A DNA stretch of 63,739 nucleotides, filler included, from Pelomyxa schiedti (lineage: Eukaryota; Protista; Evosea): NCBI GenBank assembly GCA_020536535.1. It is 15 parts of 15 records of this genome, joined end to end, with 100 filler letters (N's around TTAATTAATTAA, not from the genome) between each part and the next. Parts side by side here need not be neighbours in the genome. Positions count along the whole stretch, not along the records: positions 44,708 to 58,745 come from JAHLWZ010001176.1; positions 58,846 to 63,739 come from JAHLWZ010000330.1; 13 more parts are not named here. The stretch is one strand, 5' to 3'. Of the stretch, positions 53,710-63,739 are shown in pieces. Position 1 is the stretch's first letter. Each line of letters starts with the position of its first letter. Made by a program: the position numbers and the translations under genes. The notes below the pieces were generated by a model. The model ran no database searches, was not told the origin of the DNA, and worked only from the letters and a program-made list of their open reading frames with translations.

Positions 53710-55154
53710 ATGATGAGGGCGAGGATCGTGCATCTCGCTTATGGGAGCACACGTCCGTGGCCCGTCTACCATCTGGGAGCGATCCACTCCACACCAAGAC
53801 CAAATGCCAACACACAGAGCCACAGCAAGAGAAACTTGTGGGAGGGTGTGTCACGCGCGCCATCTATGCTGTTGCGTCAGAGTACACTGACGACCCCAGA
53901 ACAGCCACCCACCGACCACCCTGCCACGCCACCAGCACAAACAGTGAGGCCCATCAGGAAGAACAACTGCTTGGTGTGTGGTGCTGACCTCGTATATCGC
54001 ACTTCTTCGGCACCAGAAAAAAGTGGCAGCCATCATGAGGGGACACAGGGAGGAGCGCGGTGCGTTGTGTGCGGGGGAGTGTTCTATGACGTGATGGTCA
54101 CGTGTGGTCGTGGCCACTTTGTGTGCGACTCGTGCCACTCGGCCGATGCTGTCCACGCAATACTCTCTGTGTGTGCCGAGTCTGACACGAGTGATCCGCT
54201 CTCATTGGGTATGTCTGTGTGTGTGTGCGTCTGCGTTGGTTGTGTGGTGTCAATCGTGTTGGTTGGTGGCATTGATCGGTGACTGCCACTCCAATAGCTC
54301 TCATTAACACACACAGCATATTCGCTGCTTGAATTTCCGAGTGTCTGCATGCATGGACCAGAGCACCACTTCCTTGTTCCGGCCGTGTTGATAACAGCTT
54401 ATCACAACACATTGGGATCACCGCGTGAAAAGAAGTTGAGTGACTTGAAAGCGGCAAAGAAACGATCATGTATTCTCTTCCAATAATCTACTCCTTACTG
54501 ACACATAACAGCAGAAGTTCCTGGTGGATGGTGTGGATTCTGTGGATGTTGTGGTGGGGCTGTGGGTGTTGGAATCTTCCTTAGTGTTGTTCAGAACGCC
54601 ACCCCAATGTCGACCCGCGAGTGGTCTTGCTCCAACCAAGTGAGGTTACCACATTTAAGTTAACCAGATTTCACCACTTTGTTGTTAGGGAACAGGAGCT
54701 GCCCTTCAGAGTCTGGCTTCCATTGGTGGCCCTCGTTGTTGGTACTATCTATTTCTTTTTTTTTTTTGGGAGTTCATCACATCCTCCAGTGCCAGGGCAA
54801 CATTTAATGGAGTTCTAGTTGGACAACACTTTTCTGCCGTGAAATTGGGGTAGATGGATCTCTATTTTGCAAAATAGTGCTGACAATTTCTTAAGGGTGC
54901 ACTTCACAAAACCAAGCAATGTGGTCTGCAATGTTTTTAAGAATAACAAACAGGTATCGGGAACATCCCCTTCAACATAATTAAACCGACTGACATTACC
55001 TGCAGTGCCTTGGATCCAAGTGCCCATTCCACCCACATGCCTCTGTGCAATCTCGATCCCAGTACACCCAGACCTTGCAGGTAACCTGACTCATTCAGTC
55101 ACCTCACTCAATTGCAAACAGACCACTTGCGGTGCTTCTCACCACTGGGAGTAA
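53710..55154 (+). CDS. DUF5714-like Cys/His-rich protein with N-terminal extension (spliced; stop either 55087-55089 or 55152-55154)
   Basis: CLVCGADLVY, CVVCG, CGRGHFVCDSCH, MHGPEHHFLVPAVL, VPGGWCGFCGCCGGAVGVGIF, ATPMS, IGGPRC|CAR, C..FKNNKQ|CLGSKCPF; family assignment is by motif recall. Confidence 0.8.
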
Positions 55155-55208
55155 TTTACAATACATACACCCCTCGATTAACCACGAAAACAAAGGCATT
55201 CCGTCGAA

Positions 55209-57897
55209 ATGATGGCCTCCAGGGGCGTAGGTGGTGCGGCAGGCGACGGCGGTTGTGCTTCGGCTGCCGCAACAACCGCGGCGATCGGGGCCGATCGGGG
55301 CACAGACGACAGCGCGACAAAGGGCGGGGACGTGAGAGTGACTGTGATGCCGAACGTCGTGGTGCAAATGTGAGTGGCGCAAAAACAACACACGCGCGCA
55401 CAGTGGATAAGCGTGGCTCTGTGTTTCATCATTGCCCTTTCCTTCTGTTTAAATAGAGAAGATGAACGTTGTGCGCGTCCATTCACAAATTTGTGGTGGG
55501 GTTTGATAGGGCCGGACAGGGCATCAGAGGGTTGTTGAGGATTACACAACCTGCTGCGTATCTGCCATTACAGGATGACACCTGTTTTGAGTGGCTTCCG
55601 TATTCAAAGTCCGCCAGTCTCCAAACTGTATGTTCTGGACCCTTCCCTCTAATTTGCTTATGGAGGCAAGCCAACTGAGCCCGATACCTTTGCTGATATT
55701 TCCTTAAATTCTGTGGCTACCACGGGTCCTGCAACAGACCTTGCCATAGCCATTTCAGCCCTCCTGGAAACAGTATCCCTTCCACCCATTCCTCCATGGT
55801 TCGCAAGTCAACCTGATCCCCCCAACCAACCCGTTACGAAATTCTTGCTGTGTGATATATACTCAGCAAAAAGGTAATTTAATCGCATCAGTGGATGTGC
55901 TGAAAAGATCCCTAGATATCGTCCACGAAAAGGAAACAGTGTATCTCACGTCACCTTTGCTCTGAAAAATGGACTCATCACACCGACATTCTTCCTCTTC
56001 AGTGGTGGTCTTAAAGAGCTCTTCCTCGTTCTTCGTGACTCTTTGCGAAGGTGATATCCACGTAAAGCAATACAAATCCTGACTAAACATACAGTGCAGA
56101 AGAAGACCCCAACGTGTTTGTAATTGATGACAACAATGATATTTGGGCAAAAACTTGCAAGGAATTACCAATGTTTGGAATGGATGCGGCTCTATTGGCC
56201 CCATCAGTAGTTGACGATCCATCAAGAGGGTCCATTTCTCCACAGGGAATTCCAGACATAGCAGAGCTTCCTTGGAAAGTATTCGAGTCACTTGGCATTT
56301 GGGCCAAGCCAGGTGTAAAGACTGCAGTTGTAATGCCAACGAAAATGGGAGACTTTGAAGTCATCGAATCCCCCAGTGCCGCTAATAAAGCAACTGAACT
56401 CCAGAGCAAGCCTATCCCGTGCCCAGTAAATGAAGAGCTTCCGGAGGTTGTTTTTTATTATTATTACTGTGTAAGTACTCAAACTCATGCAGGTCATGCG
56501 ATGTAGTCCCTTAAATGCCATGGAATGGATTGAGTCGTTTGATAACGACGGGCGAATGCCAGAAAAAAAGAAAATGGATATCTGTCAGCGGATCTTTTCT
56601 GGGGTACTCCCTTTTTGTTGCTCTTCATCCACTAACTCCAAAGAGGGTGTTTCGGCAGATATCCGTCAGGAAGTTTGGAAATACCTTCTCTCTTTCTATC
56701 CATGGAATTCCACGAATGAAGAAAGAAGAGCTTTGCATACCACAAAGAGGTAGGGATTGCTCTGGGCTACATCGTTGATTACATCACCTTAGGCTTCAAT
56801 ATTTTGCTATCAAGAGCCAGTGGACTTCTATGGGCCCTGAACAGGAGGCACGATGTTCAAAGTTCAGACTCAGAAAGCAACAAATTGAGAGAGATGTACT
56901 TCGCACAGACCGAACTTATCCCTATTATCAAGGCATTCATCAAAGTTTGTATGTGCACTCATTTGTGTAGGAGACACCAACCTACACCATGTGAACATGC
57001 TTTTTGAAATTTTATTAACTTATTCTCATTTCAATTCTGACTGTGGTAATATCTTCAAGATTCTTTTGAAAAGGTAACTTTTCTTCAGGTTACATGCAAG
57101 GTATGAATGACCTGTGCAGTGTCATTCTCGAGGTGATGGATGGAGATGAAGTGGCCACCTTTTGGTGTTTCAAAGGTCTAATGGATCGGATGGCTTGTGC
57201 AACCTGCAAAAAGCTTGAAATAACTTCACATTTTAGGAAATGAACTTCCACAAGGATCAACCAGCAATACGGGAACAACTTGATGCAATACGTGACATTC
57301 TCGAAGTCATTGATCCTCGACTTTTTAGTCATTTAAGTATCTTTAAACAATCCAGAATTACTCTAACCACCACAAGAAAGCTCTGGATCGGAGAGTTTGT
57401 ACTTTTGCTATCGCTGGCTGTTAGTTCTATTTAAGGTAAAGCAGTCTTTCCCCATGCGAGAGATAACGAACAAACAGCGTGAATTTTCTTTTGACACAGT
57501 AAAACATATTTGGGAGACTATATGGTCCCACTCTTCTCCAACTTTTCAACTTTTTATTGCGTTAGCAATACTAACACAGCACCGCGACCAATTGATGCAA
57601 GCTGATGTATGTCTGCCATCATCATTGACATACAACTCACTTCTGTCTCGATTCCTAGATGAAATATGAAGAAATTCTTCAGGTTAAAATCAATGCACCT
57701 CGCTCATTCACTAACAGTACTCACAGTTCGTAAATGGCCTTGCTGGAAAACTATCTGCCGACAAAGTACTTGCTCAAGCAGAGAGTTTATTCTTCACCTA
57801 TCTGAGGATGGGTAGCCCCAAACAGAAGGAGTACATCTGGGGTTTATCACAGCTCTGTGCCCAGCCACTTTACAAGCTTACCCAGAATAGCACCTAG
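55209..57897 (+). CDS. TBC1D15/17 (Gyp7-like) Rab GTPase-activating protein
   Basis: IRQEVWKYLL, QIERDVLRTDR, YMQGMNDL, FWCFKGLM, YFCYRWLLVLFK|REFSF. Confidence 0.9.
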
Positions 57898-57955
57898 AAC
57901 GATGATTGTTTAAAAAAAGGTTTTACTACACAGGACCGAAGCAAATCACAAAAAG

Positions 57956-58745
57956 TTAATGTCTGTTGTGGGAGTCGTCAACACGACGCCGTTTTGTATT
58001 ATGGGGGTCATTGTCTGAGTGAGAGTGCCTGTCTCTAGGTGGTGATGAGGATGATGTATGCTTGTGTGTGTGATCATGATCCTGTTGGGAGCGTGAGTGC
58101 TCAGGGTCATCATGATCAAGATGGTGGTTGCGATGAGTGGGGAGGGTCTCGTGGTGGTTGGTATGTGAGGATTCACTTCTGGATGTTGTCCAAGAGTGCT
58201 GTGGTGAGGGTACTGCTGCAGAATCCAATTCTGGATGGTTGGAATCACAACCAGCAGTTTTGGTAATTGTGATAGTAGTGGGTGATGACACTCGGCGAGT
58301 TACTTGTTCAAACACAAAAAACACAAGCACAAGCATAAACACAAACACTCATCATCTTCCTCCTCAGAGTCTGATTCTGAAGAGGATTCGGCAATTGTCA
58401 ACACGTCCACTTCTGCAACTACAATGTCAAGTGCACCACCTTCTAGTACAAATGCACCTTCATCTGATTCTAGCTCCTCCAGCGACGAAAGCAGTCACCA
58501 CCACAAGAAAAAAAAGAAAAAAGACAAGGACAAGAAAAAGAAGAAATCGCACAAAAAGAAGCATACTGCCACTCGTGCAGATGGCCCTGTCAAATTGAGT
58601 GACTTCTTCAAGAATGCAGCGGAAGAATACCGGCACCACAGCCCCAGTCCACCCCCGCGTCCTTCATCACCACCTCACAGTGCACCCCGTAAATCCTCGC
58701 CCCCACCCCGCAGAGCGTCTTCTCCGCACCGCAGCACCTCCCCTG
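57956..58745. other. Low-complexity H/K/S/R-rich coding sequence split across opposite strands (probable inversion at ~58295)
   Basis: Minus frame 57956-58290 ends ..KRRRVDDSHNRH*; plus frame 58304-58745 KHKKHKH..GPVKLSDFF..RRASSP has no ATG. Confidence 0.5.
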
Positions 58746-58845
58746 NNNNNNNNNNNNNNNNNNNNNNNNNNNNNNNNNNNNNNNNNNNNTTAATTAATTA
58801 ANNNNNNNNNNNNNNNNNNNNNNNNNNNNNNNNNNNNNNNNNNNN

Positions 58846-59870
58846 ACTGTGCAGATTGGATCACCACTGAACAGGCGCCGATTTGCCTCATACGGGAGAG
58901 GGATGGGATCCTTTTTGAACACAACAGTTCTCTGTTTGAAGCTCTCCTTGAGATCAATGTGCCACAGGAAAAACTCACTGTAATCGTGATTTGGCTTGCC
59001 AACAATTGTGAGCAACACATCAGGGTCATTGACATAGAACTCCATGTCAAAGTGGTGCCTATCAAGCTGTACAACTGAACGGCATTCCTCTGTGAACAAC
59101 AACTGCCTGTCGCCACTTGTTGTGCCCTCAGAGTCATCTCTGCAGAGCCTCCAGAGTGTCATCTCACACAGGGATGCCAGAAGAACCCACCTGTTGTTGC
59201 AATAAACCAAAGTGCTCTTCAGCATTCGTCCACGAGTGCCATCACCAGGTATTAGGTTTCTAACAACCCTACCAGTTCCATCCACGATGTCAACCAGACA
59301 GCCTCTCACAGATTATTTCGTCATCAGCAGCCTGTACTTGGCAGCAGCAATATCGCCGCCATTCACATCAGTGTATCCTTCAGCCTGTATCCTATTGGGC
59401 GTAGCCCACGACCCAATGCACCCGACGAGGTCGACCCGATCAATCCCACAAGTGGCGAGCTGCACAGACCTCACAACACCGAGGGTTGGAGACAGTGACA
59501 CCCACACATGTGCCTGCTGGTACGGGTCCTCTGCCGGGCTCCCAGTGGCCCCACCACACGCATACACAGTGAACGCGACGTCCCTGCACCCACACACCAC
59601 CCAATCCCTGCCAAACTGCTCGGTGATCGATGGTGACGCAGCGAGGAGCCTGGCTGGCGACTGTGCCCCGGTCCTCCCGACAAGCGAACCACACGCAAAT
59701 GCAACGAACTGGTCCGCCGCGGACAAAACGACGTCCAGTGAGACCCGCGGTGGTGATGATGGTTGTTGCGGTGGCGGTGGTGGTGCGTGTTGTTGTGCAA
59801 GTGCAACGGACGTGGGTGTTGCCGGTTGTTGTTCTGTTGGTCTCTTGTTGTTGCTGTGTTCGTTCCCCAT
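58846..59870 (-). CDS. Lineage-specific family member C; MGNEHS start (N-myristoylation-like)
   Basis: SAADQFVAFACGSLVGRTGAQSPARLL..FGRDWVV. The in-frame TAA at 59313 could be removed by a 33-nt GT-AG intron; 3'-truncated. Confidence 0.6.
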
Positions 59871-59998
59871 TTTTTTTCTGCTTCGACGCTCTAGTCTGAT
59901 TACCAAAGGAGACCAGAGATGTGAAGGCCGTCTTCTGCTGGAACCAGTGGGCGTGCAGACACACTACAACAACGAGAAATTTCCCACATAATTTTTGC

Positions 59999-61449
59999 TC
60001 AAAAGGAGGAGACAACGCAATCAAAGTCAGTGGTCAAGGTGCAGATGTGAACCCCAACAAGGGCATCAAACAGAGAGACACTGTGCAGAGAAACTTGGTC
60101 CACCACAGTTCCATTTGCCACCAACCTTGAACTCTCAGAGCCAGGGAGGGTTCCAATTACAGCAGAAGGAGAGGCCTCACCACCAACAACACCCCTTCTT
60201 GTTGCCCGCACATCGCGCACCGTGGTGCGGCCGTCATCTTCCTTCAGTGTGTAGTACCACGACCATGCATGTGAAATGGGGTTCTTTGATACCAAGGTTG
60301 CCACTTCCTCGTGGGTGGTTACACAGTGTATCTTCTGTGTGGTCTCACTCTCAAAAGCACTCACATACACCTTGCTGTCAACGCACCACATGCGAAGGGG
60401 CTTGTACTGTGCCCGAAAGTGTAGTTGCCTCATTCTTGGTTTTGGGGCATGATTCAACTCCAAGAGGCAGATATGAAGCAGCCCAGAGCCGTACACACCA
60501 TCTTCTTGGATGACAGCCACCGAATTATCGTCCACGAACTGTGGGTTGTAAAGCAAGTCGTGCGGGAGCATTGGGTCAACTACAACCATTGGTGCTGGTT
60601 GCGTGGGCTGTCGCGTGAGCTGATCCACTTTCCAGACATCGACCCAGTGTGAGCGGGAGCACACCACAATCCAGTTGCCCCTGCTCACAATTTCAAGCCA
60701 TGGCACCACCCTGGTGTATAGCGGAGCACAAGAAATTACAGTTGTGCGAGGTGCACCACCAGAACCCACTTCCCTCACAGTCAGTGCGCCCTTTCCAGTC
60801 CTGAAAACTGCCATTCTCCTGTCGTGGGTTTCTTTGCCACAGCCTCCGATCCACGCCACCACCTCACCACGAATGAAAGGCGCCGCCCCGCCCTGGACGC
60901 CAACGAAACCCAGGGTGTGTGACATAACCACAACCACACTCACTGTTGGATACATCCTGTCCTCTTCATCCTCCTCATCACCGCCACATCCATCGTCTTG
61001 AAACAGCGGGAAACCATCCAGACTGAGTGACGTTGCTTGGAACTTGAGGGTGATCGTGCGTGATGGTGCCACGACCCATTGGCGGCCAACTTCCGACAAC
61101 GTCGAAAATGGCANNNNNNNNNNNNNNNNNNNNNNNNNNNNNNNNNNNNNNNNNNNNNNNNNNNNNNNNNNNNNNNNNNNNNNNNNNNNNNNNNNNNNNN
61201 NNNNNNNNNNNNNTCGTCTTGAAACAGCGGGAAACCATCCAGACTGAGTGACGTTGCTTGGAACTTGAGGGTGATCGTGCGTGATGGTGCCACGACCCAT
61301 TGGCGGCCAACTTCCGACAACGTCGAAAATGGCAGGTGACGCGCTCCGCTCGCGCCGCCACACCGTCCCACAATCGCAACGGCAAGTGCCACAAATTGCT
61401 TCCGTGCACAAAGACCAACGGCAACAGACGGTACACGTCGTCTCTTCAT
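59999..61449 (-). CDS. Lineage-specific family member D (spans gap 61114-61213 with duplicated flanks)
   Basis: CARKQFVALAVAIVGRCGGASGARHL..VGRQWVV; 60993-61113 duplicated at 61214-61334. Confidence 0.6.
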
Positions 61450-61629
61450 TTTTAAGGCAATTTCTGTTCCTTTGATGATTGATGGCGGTTACCCCACAGG
61501 AGCTTTCAAAAGGAAACAGCAAGGAAAACTGGAGGTGGCAGATTCCTCAACCAGCAGAGGTATCGCCGCTGTTTGCAGTTGTTGGAAGAAACAAAACAAA
61601 AAAAAATCAGATTTGAGCATCACTCGTGA

Positions 61630-63739
61630 TCAAAGGCGACTGGTGGAGGTGAGGGAAGAGAGGGCATCGAGGGCAGAGAGCCTGGCAGCCTTGTCTGGGT
61701 TCATCATCCTGATCATCACCTCTTTCAGTGAATCGATGTGACTCTCAACTAGATGTCCTGTTGTTGCTGCTGGTGCAATTGGGAACGACGCTACCAGTGT
61801 GTGGGTGTTGAACTCACTCATGTCATGGAACAGGTTGCTGTCGATGTATTTGTGGGAAGGAGGCAGCAGTGAATCGTAGAACGTGAGTGCCAGTGCAAAT
61901 GAGTCACACTTGGAGTACGAGAACACCACACTGCATCCTCCAGTCTTCTTTAGCAGGGTGGACAGCTCCGGGGGCATAGTGCCTGGGTTGCCCCATGGCT
62001 GTGTTGTGGTGGAGACTGGCAACTCGAGGTTGGTGCTGCTTGGACAGTGTTGTGCTTCACCAAAGTCAATTAGTGTGAGATTCCCACTGATGGGATCAAC
62101 GAGAATGTTATCTTCCTTGATGTCCCTTGGTTTTTTGTATGAGTTAATCTGTCTGTTAAACTCAAACAAAACCTGTGAACAATGGAACAGGTTTCAATGT
62201 GGTGGATTGCTTTGAGTCCTTGAATGAACACGTTCAAAACCACTTCAACCATCCTCTCTGAGGGCTCCAGCATTTTCGAGAAGTACGAAGACAAGTGGAT
62301 TCCAGCATGGGGCATGAGTATTGCAAAAGACTTGTTGCTGCACAGTTCCCGAAAAAATGTTTTGTCACTTGGAATTTTGTCAGCAAACTCTGGTGGCAAG
62401 CTGTGAAGAGTATTTTTTAGTCTGTTAGTTGCAAATTGTGTTGACCATACCATGGGAACACAAGTGTACCAAGAGGGTGAATCACATTTGGGTGATGTGG
62501 AATCAATGAAAGGGTCACACACTCTGCCATGTATTTCTGCCTCACCATGGTCTGCCGTGGTGTGTTCTCCCAGTTGAAAAGAACCTTCATCACCAGGTCT
62601 AATGAGCAACTGTGACTGTTATATCGCACTTTGAATGCAGCTGCATTCGCGCCAGTGCCAAGGAGTTTCTCCACACTGAAGTCATCCGCAGTTGCTGCAA
62701 TAAGAGATGTCATTGTGTCAACAAGAGCCTGAAATTTGTGAGGGGTTGTTGAAAAGGAAAATAAAAAACCTTGTATCTTGTTGCTGAGTCCGAAATTTCC
62801 TGTCCCAAGCTCGGTTCCACATTCTGTGGTGGACTTTTTTCAGTTTGGAGCTGTGAACGCGGTAAGCATTGGTGTGTTCATCAAAAAATGAAAAATGAAA
62901 TAACTGACACACCATTTCATCTGAATTGGGAAAAGAGAGCAGGATGTTTGATGCCCCTTTGTGCCCACTCTCAGCTGCCTTTTTCACCCAGGAACGTGCC
63001 TGCTTCATGTCTCTTTCAATGCCATCACCATCTCTCAGACACAAACCAAGGTAAAACATTGACAAGGGATCAGCATAAACAGAGCTGGCACCAAGCTGAA
63101 AAAACCTTACAGCCCTTTTCTTGTCTGTTGGAACACCACACTCTCCATTGTAGAAGTGCAGTCCCAGCTCCCCACACGCCATAGCGCCGTCCAAGCCATG
63201 TGCCTTATCATACAGCTCCTGAGCCCTGCTGGAATCCACACCAACACCAGCACCAATTTCGTAGACAGCTCCCAGAAACATTTGAGCCCTTTCAGGCATC
63301 AAAGATTTACAAGCAGTCTGGAGCATCTGTAATCCCTTTGCTGCATCCCTTTCCACACCACAACCAAACAAATAGCACCATGCAAGGTAAGCCTGAGCAG
63401 CCGAGCAATCTCCCGACTGTTGCATGAGCGAAACAGCCTTTTCGCAGTCCCTCTTCACACCCTCCCCACGCAGATAGCACACTCCAAGGTACCACGAGAA
63501 ATACTTGTTGTGGCCGATCGCCCTGTGGTAGAGCGACACAGCGATGCACAGGTCGCGCTCCACCCCGACGCCGTGCTGGTAGCACCACCCAATGTCACAC
63601 AGGCACCCCGCGAAGTCCGAGAACTTCCATCCGATCCCCGACATCAGGCACCAGTGCTTGGCCTTCTCGACGTCCTTGGGCAGGCCCTCCCACCCGTTGA
63701 AGTAATCCTGAGCCAGGCGGGCCATGGCCTGCGCGTTTC
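61630..63739 (-). CDS. Sel1-like repeats + PINK1-like protein kinase (5' end outside window)
   Basis: Sel1 repeats G.CY..G.GV..D...A; kinase LGTGANAAAF, LVMKVLFNW, PHHPNVI, HR|DIKEDNILV, LIDFG, GNPGTMPPE, FSYSKCDSFA. Confidence 0.85.

Noticed and set aside
52495-55154. Bacterial contaminant or endosymbiont DNA
   Set aside because: Both genes carry spliceosomal introns and are contiguous with eukaryotic PI3K and TBC genes

Overview
This is eukaryotic protist DNA, not a prokaryotic locus. About 15 unrelated contigs are joined by 14 artificial N-TTAATTAATTAA-N linkers, and there are four 100-N scaffold gaps, so neighbourhood arguments hold only within a contig. Genes are densely packed, with many short (~40-60 nt) GT-AG introns and 30-300 bp intergenic gaps. 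Gene content (profilin, coactosin-LIM, class I-like PI3K, TBC1D15, MORN-TKL kinase arrays, ferredoxin-nitroreductase) suggests an anaerobic amoebozoan. A Pelomyxa-like archamoeba is my inference and is unverified. Best leads: (1) an intron-containing, bacterial-type pair of 2[4Fe-4S]-nitroreductase and DUF5714-like Cys/His metalloprotein, the latter with a presequence-like N-terminus; (2) a soluble tandem class III cyclase whose two domains lost complementary catalytic residues; (3) architectures usually thought of as animal: F-box-cyclin, Siva, Sel1-PINK1-like kinase, and TRAF fused to an ALK/LTK Gly-rich domain; (4) a MORN-ubiquitin-like-TKL kinase family; (5) a four-member family with a conserved F-box/SOCS-like N-terminal motif; (6) four bounded inverted duplications of gene or TE fragments that could form hairpin RNAs. 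All family assignments come from manual splicing and motif recall, not database searches.
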